A DNA stretch of 64,000 nucleotides. Source: an uncultured Ezakiella sp. (GTDB lineage: Bacteria > Bacillota > Clostridia > Tissierellales > Peptoniphilaceae). The position numbers were made by a program, and so were the translations under genes. Location: contig NZ_CALTVH010000001.1 of assembly GCF_943913045.1 (NCBI RefSeq), forward strand, positions 24,264 through 88,263. The letters run 5' to 3'. Shown here one piece after another: positions 1 through 11,400 of the stretch; position 1 is the stretch's first letter; each line of letters starts with the position of its first letter. A model generated the notes under the pieces. The model did no database searches. It saw only the letters and a program-made list of their open reading frames with translations, and was not told the origin of the DNA.

Positions 1-807
1 GTAATCTCTGTTGCAAAAAGAAAAAAGAAAAAAGTTTGCATATATGCTAATGGCGTTGGACCAATAAATGGAAAATTCAATAGAAAACTTACAAAAAAAG
101 TTTTAAAAGATGTTGATTTAATTACTCTAAGAGATGATGATTCAGCTAAATACTTGGAAGAAATTGGAATAGCCAAGAGCAAATGCCTGGTAAGGTCCGA
201 CCCTGTATTCTTATTAAAAGAAAATCTAGATGAGGCAGAGAAAATTTTATCAGATATAAATATTAATGATGAATTTATTGTCGTAAACCTAAGGCCATGG
301 ACTGATGATGATAAAATGATTGATCAGATGGCCTTTGCTATAAATAAACTTATGAATGATGGGCATAAAATTTTGCTAATACCAATGCATATGTCCAAGG
401 ATACGCCAATATTAAAGCGACTAGAAGATAAATGTAGAAACGAAAATCTTTATGCTTATTATGAAGATATGAGCGTTACTACACTTATGGGAATATTTTC
501 CAAGGCTCAGATGGTTTTAGCCATGAGACTTCACGGTGTGATCTACTCAGCAGCAGTTCATACCAAGCCACTTGCTATAAGCTATGACCCCAAAGTAAAA
601 AGTTTTATGGAAAGCATTGATTCAGATTATATTATAGATATAAATGATATTGATGGGCAAAAGGTTTATGAAGAAATCAAAAGATGCTTAGATGATGAAG
701 GTTATTTAAATAATATAAAAAATAAAGACGAAGAAAGAAAGGAATTGGCAAGATTAAATGCAGTTGAGGCACTTGGCTTGCTAAAGGATATAAATGAGAA
801 AAATTAA
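1..807 (+). CDS. csaB: Polysaccharide pyruvyl transferase CsaB-like, 5'-truncated at the window edge
   Basis: Frame 1 is open from base 1 (VCIYANGVGPING...) and runs into the 154..807 ORF; RLHGVIYSAA...ISYDPKV motif is typical of the CsaB/pyruvyl-transferase family. Confidence 0.65.
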   Translation, partial: VISVAKRKKKKVCIYANGVGPINGKFNRKLTKKVLKDVDLITLRDDDSAKYLEEIGIAKSKCLVRSDPVFLLKENLDEAEKILSDININDEFIVVNLRPWTDDDKMIDQMAFAINKLMNDGHKILLIPMHMSKDTPILKRLEDKCRNENLYAYYEDMSVTTLMGIFSKAQMVLAMRLHGVIYSAAVHTKPLAISYDPKVKSFMESIDSDYIIDINDIDGQKVYEEIKRCLDDEGYLNNIKNKDEERKELARLNAVEALGLLKDINEKN

Positions 808-1534
808 TGTGCTTGGTGTAAAATTTTCGGATATTAATGACCAAGAGTTGGACGAAATTTTAAGGTCAAACATATCTGAGTCCAATAATTTTAAAATAAT
901 CACACCAAACCCAGAGATTGTTATGAGGGCCCAAAAGGACCATGAGCTCATAGGACTTATAAATAGTGCTGGCCTTGTCTTAAAAGATGGAGTTGGCATT
1001 GTAATTGCCCAAAAGATTGCCGGAATTGAAGGTGAGGGTAGGCAGACTGGCTTTGATACTCTACGGAAGATTTTATCAATAGCAGATGAGATGAGCTTGG
1101 ATATTTATATAGTTGGAGCAAAACAAGAGACTCTGGACCAGGCAATAGAAAATATAAAAAAAGATTATAAAAATTTAAATATAGTGGGGTCCCATAACGG
1201 ATATTTTGAACTAAATTCACCTCAAGAGCAAGAAATTTTAAAGGATATAGAAGATAAAAAACCGCACTTAGTTGTTAGCGCGATGGGTTTTCCCAAGCAA
1301 GAATATTTTATATCAAAGCTAGATGGATTAACTTCAATGTCAATAGGAGTTGGTGGAAGCCTAGATGTAATTAGTGGAAATTTAAAACGCGCACCAAAGT
1401 GGGTGCAAAAAATTGGTATGGAATGGTTTTATAGGTTGTTAAAAGAACCATCCAGAATTAAGAGGCAGTTAGTAATACCACATTTTTTAATCAAAGTAGT
1501 GGCTAATAAAAAATCTATAAGGGAGGAATTATGA
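794..1534 (+). CDS. WecB/TagA/CpsF-family glycosyltransferase (N-acetylmannosaminyltransferase-like)
   Basis: 246 aa; C-terminal [23 protein letters not shown] motif of TagA/WecG family; overlaps csaB end (coupled); stop overlaps tkt ATG (ATGA). Confidence 0.75.
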   Translation: MRKINVLGVKFSDINDQELDEILRSNISESNNFKIITPNPEIVMRAQKDHELIGLINSAGLVLKDGVGIVIAQKIAGIEGEGRQTGFDTLRKILSIADEMSLDIYIVGAKQETLDQAIENIKKDYKNLNIVGSHNGYFELNSPQEQEILKDIEDKKPHLVVSAMGFPKQEYFISKLDGLTSMSIGVGGSLDVISGNLKRAPKWVQKIGMEWFYRLLKEPSRIKRQLVIPHFLIKVVANKKSIREEL

Positions 1535-3486
1535 ATAACATTGATAATCTTACAATTAATACGCTGAGAATGCTTTCTGTGGATATGATTGGCAAAGCAA
1601 ACTCTGGACACCCAGGCTTACCGCTTGGTGCAGCACCTATGGCTTATGCTTTATTTAAAGATCATTTAAAATTTAATCCAAATAAACCACATTGGTCAAA
1701 CAGGGACAGATTTGTTTTGTCGGCAGGACACGGATCAGCACTCTTGTATAGTTTGCTTCATGTTTTTGGCTATGAACTTAGCATGGATGATTTAAAAGAT
1801 TTTAGACAAGTAAATTCAAAGACGCCTGGTCATCCAGAGTATGGTCACACATTAGGAGTAGACGCTACATCAGGACCACTTGGTCAAGGACTTGCAATGG
1901 CTGTTGGTATGGCACTTGCAGAAGCTCATCTCCACGATACATTTGAAGGAGCAAACAATCCTGTGGACCATTACACATACGCTCTTGTAGGAGACGGATG
2001 TTTGATGGAAGGCATTAGCCACGAAGCAGCAAGTTTTGCTGGCGCCCACAAGTTAGGCAAATTAATTGTCCTTTACGATTCAAATAACATTACAATTGAT
2101 GGGTCAACTGACATTACCTTTGATGACGACACACTAAAAAGATTTGAAGCTTATGGTTGGCACACTCAAAAGCTTGAAGACGGAACAGACATTGAGGCTA
2201 TTTCGAATGCTATTAGCAAGGCCAAGGAAGATGACAGACCTTCACTAATTGAAATTAAAACTGTTATTGGTTTTGGCGCAGGTAGTGTGGAAGGCAAAAA
2301 CAAAAGCCATGGAGCTCCGCTTAAAGAAGATGACTATAAGATTTTAAAAGAAAGACTGGGATGGGAATACGATTCCTTTACTGTTCCTCAAGAAGTGAGA
2401 GACCATGTAAAGGCAATTATCGATGAAAAAGTTAAGGCCTATGACGAATATAAGGCAAGCTTAAATGAACTCAAGGCAAATGATTTAGAAAGATACGAAA
2501 AATTTGTTAAGTTTATCCACACAGAAAAAGATGTTGACTTAAGTTCTCTGATGGATAAGGAAGAAAAAATTGCTACAAGAGCAGCTAGCGGAAAGGCAAT
2601 CCAAGAAGTTGCCAAGCAAGTTCAAAGTTTGATTGGTGGATCAGCTGACTTGGCTGGCTCAAACAATACAACTATTGATGGCCAAGGATTTATTTCAAAA
2701 GATGATTATAGTCCACGCAATATTCACTTTGGTATCCGTGAATTTGCAATGGCAGCCATATCAAATGGTATGGCTCTTCACGGAGGCGTTCGCCCATACT
2801 GCGCGACCTTCTTTGTATTTAGTGATTATATGAAGCCAGCTATGAGGCTATCAGCTCTTATGGATGTTCCTGTAGTTTATGTACTCACTCACGACTCAAT
2901 AGGAGTTGGGGAAGACGGACCGACCCACCAACCTATAGAACAGCTTGCAATGTTAAGAAGTTTACCAAACTTTACAACTATTCGCCCAGCAGATTATAAC
3001 GAAACAATCGTTGCTTGGGAAACTGCAATTAAAAATCACAAGCCAACTGCACTTGTTTTGACAAGACAAGGTTTACCAACACTTGATATAAATGCAAAAG
3101 ACCTTGTAAAGGGCGCATATATTGCTAAAAAAGAAAATGAAAAGCTCGATGCAATTGTAATTGCTACAGGATCTGAACTTTCAATAGCAATGGACGCTGC
3201 AAAGGAATTGGAAGCTGATGGCGTTGGCACAAGAGTTGTCAGCATGCCATCATGGGATTTATTTGAAGATCAAACAGATGAATATAAAATTTCAGTTTTA
3301 CCAATTGACACACCAAAAATTTCAGTTGAAGCCCTATCTACATTTGGTTGGGAAAGGTACACCAAAGGCGGAATAAAATTAGGTATGGATTCATTTGGAG
3401 CAAGCGGTAAGGGAGCAGATTTATTTGAACACTTTAAAATAAACTCAAAGGCAATTGTAGACGCAGTTAAAAAATCTGTTAAATAA
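1531..3486 (+). CDS. tkt: Transketolase
   Basis: 651 aa; [20 protein letters not shown]-binding and transketolase C-domain motifs; RBS AGGGAGGA upstream. Confidence 0.95.
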   Translation: MNNIDNLTINTLRMLSVDMIGKANSGHPGLPLGAAPMAYALFKDHLKFNPNKPHWSNRDRFVLSAGHGSALLYSLLHVFGYELSMDDLKDFRQVNSKTPGHPEYGHTLGVDATSGPLGQGLAMAVGMALAEAHLHDTFEGANNPVDHYTYALVGDGCLMEGISHEAASFAGAHKLGKLIVLYDSNNITIDGSTDITFDDDTLKRFEAYGWHTQKLEDGTDIEAISNAISKAKEDDRPSLIEIKTVIGFGAGSVEGKNKSHGAPLKEDDYKILKERLGWEYDSFTVPQEVRDHVKAIIDEKVKAYDEYKASLNELKANDLERYEKFVKFIHTEKDVDLSSLMDKEEKIATRAASGKAIQEVAKQVQSLIGGSADLAGSNNTTIDGQGFISKDDYSPRNIHFGIREFAMAAISNGMALHGGVRPYCATFFVFSDYMKPAMRLSALMDVPVVYVLTHDSIGVGEDGPTHQPIEQLAMLRSLPNFTTIRPADYNETIVAWETAIKNHKPTALVLTRQGLPTLDINAKDLVKGAYIAKKENEKLDAIVIATGSELSIAMDAAKELEADGVGTRVVSMPSWDLFEDQTDEYKISVLPIDTPKISVEALSTFGWERYTKGGIKLGMDSFGASGKGADLFEHFKINSKAIVDAVKKSVK

Positions 3487-3504
3487 AAAATAGAGAATAA
3501 AAAT

Positions 3505-3541
3505 ATCACCTCTTAGTAAAGAATATTTGCTAAGAGGTGAT
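3505..3541. terminator. Bidirectional rho-independent terminator between convergent tkt and ABC exporter
   Basis: 12-bp perfect stem atcacctcttag / ctaagaggtgat, A-run upstream and T-run downstream. Confidence 0.6.
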
Positions 3542-3571
3542 TTTATTATTTACATAATTAATTGCAAAATT

Positions 3572-5320
3572 TTAGGACTGAGCTTGGACAAGTTCGTAGT
3601 ACTTACCGCGCATTTCCATTAAGTCATCATGACTGCCCGCTTCTATAATACGACCAGAGTCAATTACAATTATTGAATCACAATTTTTAATAGTTGAAAG
3701 TCTATGAGCAACTATAAATGAAGTCCTATCTTTCATAAGAGCTTCAAGGCCTTTTTGTATGTGGTGCTCCGTTTCTGTATCAATAGATGCAGTTGTTTCG
3801 TCAAGGACCAAAATTCTTGGATCTCTGATGATGGTTCTAGCAAAGTTTACTATTTGTTTTTCGCCGAGACTTAAGCCGCCATCTTCTCCAAGCAGGTTTG
3901 TGTCAAGTCCATCTTTTAATTTGCTTAAAATTAATTCTCCTCCACTTTTAATTAGAGCTTCTTCAATCTCTTGGTCGGTATAGTCATCACCAAGAGTTAT
4001 ATTGTACCGCAAGCTGCCTTTAAAAAGAATGGGGTCTTGGAGGACGAGAGCCATGTGCTTTCTTAAATCGGCAGTCCTTATATCTTGAATGTCTTGATTG
4101 TCTATTAATATTTTACCTTCGTAAGGACTATAAAATTTAAATAAAAGAGAAATAATAGAACTTTTACCAGAACCGGTGCTACCGACTATAGCAGTAGAGG
4201 ATCCAGGTTCTCTCTTGAAATTAATATCTTTTAATACAGGACTGTCTTCGATGTATTCGTGGTAAACATTTTTAAATTCCACTTGGCCTTTTATATTATT
4301 AATTATATTTTTCCCATCATCTTCTTGTTCTTCTAAGAGAATTGTATTGATATGTTCCAGACTGCTCATGCCTTTTTCAAAAACATTTAGCCTGTTCATA
4401 AGTCTGGTTAGATAGGCGTATATCTGTGAAGTGTATTGGATTAAAATCAGTATATATCCGACAGTAAAAGTAGTGTTTCCTCTTAGGTTACTCATACCAG
4501 CAAAATATAAAATTGCAATTATACTTAAGAGTCTGAGCATATCTGTGATGTTGTACGAAAAGAAGCTATCGAACAACTCGATTTTTTTACCGTATTTATA
4601 TAGCTCTTTATTTTTATCTATAAACTCTTCCTCAACAGGTTCGCAAACTGCGTAAGCCTGTATTATATTTGCTCCTTTTATAATCTCATTTAAATCAGAG
4701 GTTATGGTTGATTTTATTTTGCGGTACTTAATATTAAGATTTGACTGGTATTTATTGTAGCTTAAAATTGTAAAGATAAATATTGGAATTGGCACTAGTA
4801 CAATATACAGGGCCTTTGGATTTGTAAAGCTAATATAAACTATGCTGCCTATTAAATAAAACACAGCGTTTACAACAGTTGTAAATCCAATATAAAATAG
4901 CTGTTTGAATTCGTTTATATCACTTGTGGTTCTGCTTGTAATTTTACCAACAGGCGTCTTATCGAAAAATGACATGGGGAGGTTTACTATATGTTTAAAT
5001 AAATCCCCTCTTAAGATATAGGCGATTTTGTTGGACGTCTTTTTATAATGGTGGATGAGTACATATTGCATTAATCCAAACATTAGATTCATAAATAAAT
5101 AGAAAGCTGACATCCAGAGGAATCTCTGTAAATCTATAATGCCAATGGTTGGAGAGATTTCATTGTCAATAATGTTTTTTAAAATTATTGGCAGGTAGAT
5201 ATTTAAAAGCATAAAGCCAGTGGATAAAAACACACCAATAATAAGTTCCTTTTTTATCTTGCCTGACAAATCAAAAAGAAGCCTTATAGTACTTTTGCTA
5301 TATTTTTCTTTTTTACTCAT
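3572..5320 (-). CDS. Heterodimeric ABC exporter subunit (TMD+NBD); consensus Walker B, degenerate signature LSLGE
   Basis: 6 predicted TM helices + NBD; Walker A GSTGSGKSS, Walker B ILVLDE, H-loop AHRL, signature LSLGEKQ. True start taken at MSKKEK (RBS AGGAGGTGG) rather than track start 5365. Confidence 0.85.
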   Translation of the reverse strand: MSKKEKYSKSTIRLLFDLSGKIKKELIIGVFLSTGFMLLNIYLPIILKNIIDNEISPTIGIIDLQRFLWMSAFYLFMNLMFGLMQYVLIHHYKKTSNKIAYILRGDLFKHIVNLPMSFFDKTPVGKITSRTTSDINEFKQLFYIGFTTVVNAVFYLIGSIVYISFTNPKALYIVLVPIPIFIFTILSYNKYQSNLNIKYRKIKSTITSDLNEIIKGANIIQAYAVCEPVEEEFIDKNKELYKYGKKIELFDSFFSYNITDMLRLLSIIAILYFAGMSNLRGNTTFTVGYILILIQYTSQIYAYLTRLMNRLNVFEKGMSSLEHINTILLEEQEDDGKNIINNIKGQVEFKNVYHEYIEDSPVLKDINFKREPGSSTAIVGSTGSGKSSIISLLFKFYSPYEGKILIDNQDIQDIRTADLRKHMALVLQDPILFKGSLRYNITLGDDYTDQEIEEALIKSGGELILSKLKDGLDTNLLGEDGGLSLGEKQIVNFARTIIRDPRILVLDETTASIDTETEHHIQKGLEALMKDRTSFIVAHRLSTIKNCDSIIVIDSGRIIEAGSHDDLMEMRGKYYELVQAQS

Positions 5321-7031
5321 GGTCCACCTCCTGCAAGTGGTATTGGTCGCTAAACCAACCTCCACTTGAAATTAGGTCTTCAAATTTGCCGCGTTCAGAA
5401 ATTTTCCCATTGTCAAGGACAATTATTTCGTCAGCATCTTTGACTACAGAAAGCCTATGGGAACTGATGATAATTGTAGTATTTGGAAAATTATTTGCTA
5501 AATTTTCTGAAATTTCTTTTTCTGTATTATTATCAACAGCAGATAGAACATCGTCAAGTATGAGAAGTTCAGGATCCAAAAGTACAGCTCTAGCTAGAGA
5601 AACCCTTTGTTTTTGTCCTCCAGACAAAGTGATGCCCATCTCTCCGCACTGTGTATTTATTCCATCTGCAAAAGATGAAAGGTCATCTCTAAAGGCTGCT
5701 ATATCAATAGCCTTTTCATAGTTTCCGTCTCTGTAAAATAAAATATTATCTTTGACAGATTTTGAAAATAAAAAGTGTTCTTGAGGGACATAGCCGATAT
5801 TCTTTCTATAAGAATCCAGATTAATATCCATAATACTATTGCCATTAATTAGCATAGATCCTTCAAAGTCATCATACTCTGCAACAATTTGGCTAAGAAG
5901 GGTGGATTTACCAGATCCAGTCTTACCAACAAGACCAATTTTTTGACCAGCTTTGATGGAAAGGTTAATATCCTTAAGAGCATAGGACTCTGCGCTCGGA
6001 TATTTAAAAGAGTAATCTTTCATTTGTATTTCATCAATATGATTAATAACAACAGGATCAGAAACTTTTTCTCTTTCCTTATAATTCAAAACTTCGTCAA
6101 CTCTTCTTAAACTAATTGATCCACTCTTTGAAACCGTAATTAAATCGGCAACTGCGTAGGCTGGCCAATCGAGTTCTTGCAGGAGCATGGAATGGGTAAT
6201 GAGTTCGCCAAGTGTGATCTTGCCATTACTAATTAGAAAACCGCCAACTATAATACTTAGAATTGCAAAGAAAGACATTATCCCATTTACAACTGGCACA
6301 TAGAGGTTTTCAATATTGTTTACCTCTAGCTCTTTGTTATTGTTAATTAGAACTTTTTCTAAAAATTCATTTAGTCGTCTGCTTTTTGTATCAAAGGCTT
6401 TTATAACTTTTATAGCCGTAAAACTTTCCAGGGCGTGTTCGTTCATTGCGTCTTGCGTTTCAAGAGACTGGTCGTATTTACCATCTAGCTTTTTTGAAAT
6501 TTGTACAACTACATAAATCATTATAGGAAGGGCAGTAAGAGCGATCAAAAAGAGCCATGGACTAATGGTAGCCATAGTTATAAAATAAATTATCGGCAGA
6601 AGCACACCTTCAGTTGCGGTCATTATTCCATAAGAAGCGACTGTTGCAATTGCATCGGCATCTGATGTGGCTTTTGTAATAATATTTGATGCATTGTACT
6701 TAATAAAAAATGGTGGGTTTTGCCTAATAGATTTTTTTAAAAGTTGGACCCTCACACTTGCATCCACATAATAATAATTTCTAAAGATTACAAAGTTATA
6801 ATATGCGTCTAAGAAATAAGTTGAAACAAGCATAAAAACAAGCCAAAAAATTGACCGCATTAAAGAATCGTACTCAAGTGAGCCTGTCTTAATGGCATCT
6901 GTTATATTTCCTGTAAATGTCGCGGGAAGTATTGCAAGACCGCCAGAAATAATACAAAAAGTTACAGCGATAAAGACAGAAGTCTTGTGGTTACCTATTA
7001 AATTGTAATATCGTTTAAGTGTTTTAATCAT
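5313..7031 (-). CDS. Heterodimeric ABC exporter subunit (TMD+NBD); canonical LSGGQ but Walker B LILDD
   Basis: 572 aa; Walker A GKTGSGKST, signature LSGGQKQ, Walker B LLILDD (catalytic Glu replaced by Asp), H-loop SSHRL; 8-nt overlap with downstream partner. Confidence 0.85.
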   Translation of the reverse strand: MIKTLKRYYNLIGNHKTSVFIAVTFCIISGGLAILPATFTGNITDAIKTGSLEYDSLMRSIFWLVFMLVSTYFLDAYYNFVIFRNYYYVDASVRVQLLKKSIRQNPPFFIKYNASNIITKATSDADAIATVASYGIMTATEGVLLPIIYFITMATISPWLFLIALTALPIMIYVVVQISKKLDGKYDQSLETQDAMNEHALESFTAIKVIKAFDTKSRRLNEFLEKVLINNNKELEVNNIENLYVPVVNGIMSFFAILSIIVGGFLISNGKITLGELITHSMLLQELDWPAYAVADLITVSKSGSISLRRVDEVLNYKEREKVSDPVVINHIDEIQMKDYSFKYPSAESYALKDINLSIKAGQKIGLVGKTGSGKSTLLSQIVAEYDDFEGSMLINGNSIMDINLDSYRKNIGYVPQEHFLFSKSVKDNILFYRDGNYEKAIDIAAFRDDLSSFADGINTQCGEMGITLSGGQKQRVSLARAVLLDPELLILDDVLSAVDNNTEKEISENLANNFPNTTIIISSHRLSVVKDADEIIVLDNGKISERGKFEDLISSGGWFSDQYHLQEVDHE

Positions 7032-7150
7032 AAATCCTCTCTAAAATAAAAAATCATATAAATGTATTTTAACATATTTATTAAAGATATTAAAGACTGG
7101 AATGTGTATAAATGCAATATTTAATATAAATGTAATAATGGCGAATTTAT

Positions 7151-7179
7151 TTGACTATTAGGGGCCTATATTCTATAAT
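7151..7179 (+). promoter_or_regulatory. Sigma-A-type promoter (TTGACT-17-TATAAT) for the hemolysin-family gene
   Basis: TTGACT at 7151-7156, 17-nt spacer, TATAAT at 7174-7179; 20 nt before RBS AAGGAGGA. Confidence 0.5.
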
Positions 7180-7199
7180 ATTAGCTAAGGAGGACTATT

Positions 7200-8408
7200 T
7201 TGAATATAGTAATTATTTTGATTTTAATCGCTATGTCTGCTTTCTTTTCTGGCAGTGAAACTTCAATCACTTCACTGAATTCGATCAAGCTTAGGCAGCT
7301 TGTTGAATCTAAGGTTAAAAATGCGGATAAGCTTGAATATTTGATAGAGGATTCCAATAGGACAATTTCGGCAATATTAATTGGCAATAATATTGTAAAC
7401 ATACTTTCTTCATCTTTATCTACGGTTATTTTTGTTGAGATGTTTGGCAAAAATGGGGTTGCTATATCGACTGTTGTAATGACAGTTTTGATTTTAATAT
7501 TTGGAGAAATTATTCCAAAAAACTTAGCCAAGGCAAACTCTACAAAGTTCGCTCTAGCAGTTGCACCTTATATTTATTATATTGTTAAGGTTTTCACACC
7601 TTTAACTATACTTTTTGGCGCTCTTAGCAAGGCTATAGTAACGGAATCTGAAGAAGAAAAGATAACTGAAGATGATTTAATAACAATTTTAAATGTTAGC
7701 CACGAAGAGGGCATACTTGAAAACGAACAAAAAGAAATGATGGAAAACGTTTTCTCTATCGCGGGTACACAAGCAAAAGACGTTATGACTAATCGCACAA
7801 GTATTATCAGTGTACCAGTTGATTCTACTTATGATGAAGTGGTGGATATTGTAAAAAATAACAATTTCTCACGCTATCCTGTAATTGACGAAAACATTGA
7901 TGATATCATTGGACTTTTGTTTGCCAAGGATTTATTGGCAATTGACAAAGAAAACTTTAATCTAAGAGATCATCTGCGGGAAGCTATATTTCAGTATGAG
8001 TCAAGACCAAATTTTTTGCTTTTGAGTGAATTAAAAAAGCATAAAATGAGTATGGCTATAATCCTTGATGAGTATGGTGGGACAGCCGGCCTTGTTACTG
8101 TTGAAGATATAGTCGAAGAGATTGTCGGTGACATTGATGACGAATTTGACGAGGCGGATAATTCCATTAAACAAATTACCGAAAATACCTTTGTTGTCCA
8201 AGCGGATACAGATCTAGATGATATAAATGATAGGCTATCTATCAATCTTGAGTCCGATGAATACGAAAGCATTGGTGGATTTGTTATTGGCCTTGCTGGT
8301 AAATTTCCAAAAGTTGGCGAGGTCTATAAATACGAAAATTATACATTTATAATTGATAAAGCTAGTCCAAATAAACTTGAAAGGCTAAAGATGCGCATAG
8401 AAAGGTGA
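7200..8408 (+). CDS. Hemolysin-family protein, CNNM/DUF21 transmembrane domain + CBS pair + CorC_HlyC domain (TlyC/CorC-like)
   Basis: 402 aa; N-terminal 4 TM helices, CBS region, C-terminal transporter-associated domain; TTG start after strong RBS. Confidence 0.8.
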   Translation: MNIVIILILIAMSAFFSGSETSITSLNSIKLRQLVESKVKNADKLEYLIEDSNRTISAILIGNNIVNILSSSLSTVIFVEMFGKNGVAISTVVMTVLILIFGEIIPKNLAKANSTKFALAVAPYIYYIVKVFTPLTILFGALSKAIVTESEEEKITEDDLITILNVSHEEGILENEQKEMMENVFSIAGTQAKDVMTNRTSIISVPVDSTYDEVVDIVKNNNFSRYPVIDENIDDIIGLLFAKDLLAIDKENFNLRDHLREAIFQYESRPNFLLLSELKKHKMSMAIILDEYGGTAGLVTVEDIVEEIVGDIDDEFDEADNSIKQITENTFVVQADTDLDDINDRLSINLESDEYESIGGFVIGLAGKFPKVGEVYKYENYTFIIDKASPNKLERLKMRIER

Positions 8409-8412
8409 TCTA

Positions 8413-11400
8413 ATGTTTACACATTTACACCTGCACACTGAATATTCACTACTTGATGGTGCAATAAAAATCAGTGACTTGGCAGAAAAAGCAAAAGAAT
8501 ATAATATGAACTCAGTGGCCATTACCGATCATGGAAATATGTATGGAGCAATAAACTTTTATAAGGAGTTAAAAAAGCTTGGTATAAAACCTATTATTGG
8601 CTCTGAAGTTTATATATCAAGAGGTGATCACAGGCTGAAAAATCCAGACGACAGGTCGGGTTATCACCTTATTTTGCTATGCAAAAATGAAATAGGTTTG
8701 AAAAATCTTATGAAAATTTCAAGCGAAGGATTCTTGAATGGTTTTTATTACAGGCCGCGAGTAAGCCATGAGTTTTTAAAAGAGCATAGCGAGGGCCTAG
8801 TTGCACTTTCTGCTTGCTTGGGCGGAGAGATTCAATCATACTATTTAAATGGTGATGAGGTTTCTGCTGTAAATGCATATAAATGGTATGCAGATGTCTT
8901 TAAAGACGATTTTTACTTAGAAGTTCAAAATCATGGTATAAGGGAAGAAGATGTGATTAGGCATTACTTCAAAACTCTTAGAGACCGTTTTGGTGCAAAA
9001 TTAGTGGCAACAAATGATTGCCACTATTTAAATAAAGAGGACGCTTTTATCCAAGAAGTTTTGATGGCCATATCTATGGGCAAAACTATTAATGATGAGA
9101 CCAGGATGACCTTTGCAAGTGACGAATTCTATTTTAAATCTACAGAAGAAATGGAAGAATTATTTGCTGATATGCCAGATGCAATCGAAAACACCCAAGA
9201 GATTGCAGATAAATGCAATGTGGAAATTGAATTTGGCCACTATCATTTGCCTAATTTTGATACTCCGGGTAATATGGATCACTTTGAATACTTAAAAAAA
9301 CAAACTAATGATGGAATTATTGAAAGATACGAAAAAGATGGTGAGGTTCCCGATGAAGTTTGGAAAAGAATTGAAAGCGAGCTCGGTATTATAAAAGATA
9401 TGGGCTTTGTGGATTACTTTTTGATTGTCCAAGACTTTATTCTATTTGCTAAATCAAAGGGCATTCCTGTTGGCCCAGGTCGTGGCTCAAGTGTTGGATC
9501 AATAGTTTGTTATGCTCTTGGCATTGTAGACTTGGACCCATTAAAATATGACTTGGTTTTTGAAAGATTTTTAAATCCAGATAGGGTAACCATGCCTGAT
9601 ATAGATATTGACTTTTGCTACGAAAGAAGAGAAGAAGTTATTCAATATGTTAAAGAGAAATATGGCAACGACCATGTTGCGCAAATAATTACTTTTGGAA
9701 CCATGGCTGCCAAAGGTGCGATTAGAGATGTTGGTCGCGTGCTTGACATGCCCTATAACGATGTTGATAAGATCGCAAAGATGATTCCAAATGAACTGGA
9801 TATTACAATTGACAAGGCACTTAATGACAATCCAAAATTAAAAGACGCCTATGAAAACGATAGGGAAGTAAAAAAACTCATCGATATCTCAAGGAGAATT
9901 GAGGGTCACGTTAGACACGCAAGTACTCACGCTGCTGGTGTTGTTATTTCAAAAAGCCCGCTGGTAAATTATGCACCGCTGGCAACAGCTCAGGACCAAC
10001 CTGTAACTCAGTATACAATGACAACACTTGAAGAACTTGGCCTTTTGAAGATGGACTTCTTGGGATTAAGGACTTTGACGGTTATAGAGGATTCATTAAA
10101 ATTAATCGAAACAAATACTGGCCACAGACCGAGTTTTGAAGACATGAAGCTAGATGATCCAGAGACTATAAAATTATTTGCAGATGTAAATACAATTGGT
10201 ATCTTCCAATTTGAATCACCTGGCATGAGGGCCTTCTTAAAAGAGTTAAAGGTAGATCGTTTTGAAGATTTAATTGCAGCTAACTCACTCTTTAGACCAG
10301 GTCCAATGGATAGCATTCCTGATTTTTGTGAACGAAAAAACTCAGATGTAAAGATAGATTACAAGCATCCAATTCTTGAAAAGATTTTAAAAGATACTCA
10401 TGGAGTAATAGTCTTCCAAGAGCAAGTTATCGCCATCGTTCAGCAGCTTGGGGGATATACAATTGGTCGTGCGGATTTGATTAGACGAGCCATGAGTAAA
10501 AAGAAAATGGATGTCATGGAAGAGGAAAGGCCAATATTTATCAAGGGTGCTATTGAAAAGGGTGCATCAAAAGAACTTGCAGAAGAAGTTTTTGATGACA
10601 TGATTGACTTTGCAAAGTATGCCTTTAATAAAAGTCACTCTGCAGCATACAGTCTTGATGCATGGAGGACTGCATGGCTGAAGACCCATTATCCTAAGGA
10701 ATTTATGGCGAGCCTCTTAACTTCAGTTGCCGGTCAACAAGACAAGGTCGCTCTCTATATAGAAGAGGCAAGGCGGATGGGAATAAAAATCATCCCACCT
10801 GATGTAAATAAATCTGAATGGAGATTTACAACAGAGGGCGATGATATAAGGATGGGCTTTAAGGCAATTAAAGGTCTAGGCCATAATACAGCAGACGCTA
10901 TTGTCGAAGCTAGAAAAGAAAATAAATTTACATCTCTTACAGATTTGATTAGAGCAATTTCAAAAATAGATTCAGCAGCCCTTAATAAAAGGTCTTTTGA
11001 ATCACTTGTTTACGCGGGAGCCTTTGATAGCTTTGGAGTTAATAGGAGGTCGGCCCTTAATCAATATAGCGTTATAATCGACACAGTAAATATTGAGAAG
11101 AGGTCAAATGTAAGAGGTCAGTTTAATATGTTCGGTTCTGAGTCTGATTCTATGATTTTGGTTAACTTGGAAGAGTTTAACAAGGATGAGCTCTTAGAAT
11201 TTGAAAAGGATGTCCTGGGAGTATATGTGTCCAGCCATCCATTAGAGTCTTATGAAGAAATAATTAAAGCTTTGCAAAACAAAGAGATTGCAACTATAAA
11301 TGAAGAGTATGAAGAGTATTTATCAAATGGTATTTCATTTAATAAATACAGGCTAAAGTTGGCAGGACTTGTTTCAAGATCTCGGGTATTAATAACTAGG

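Noticed and set aside
7032-7150. AT-rich divergent intergenic region between the ABC exporter and the hemolysin-family gene, scanned for a minus-strand promoter or small RNA
   Set aside because: Only weak -10-like hexamers on the minus strand and no stable hairpins; a small RNA or operator cannot be supported from sequence alone.
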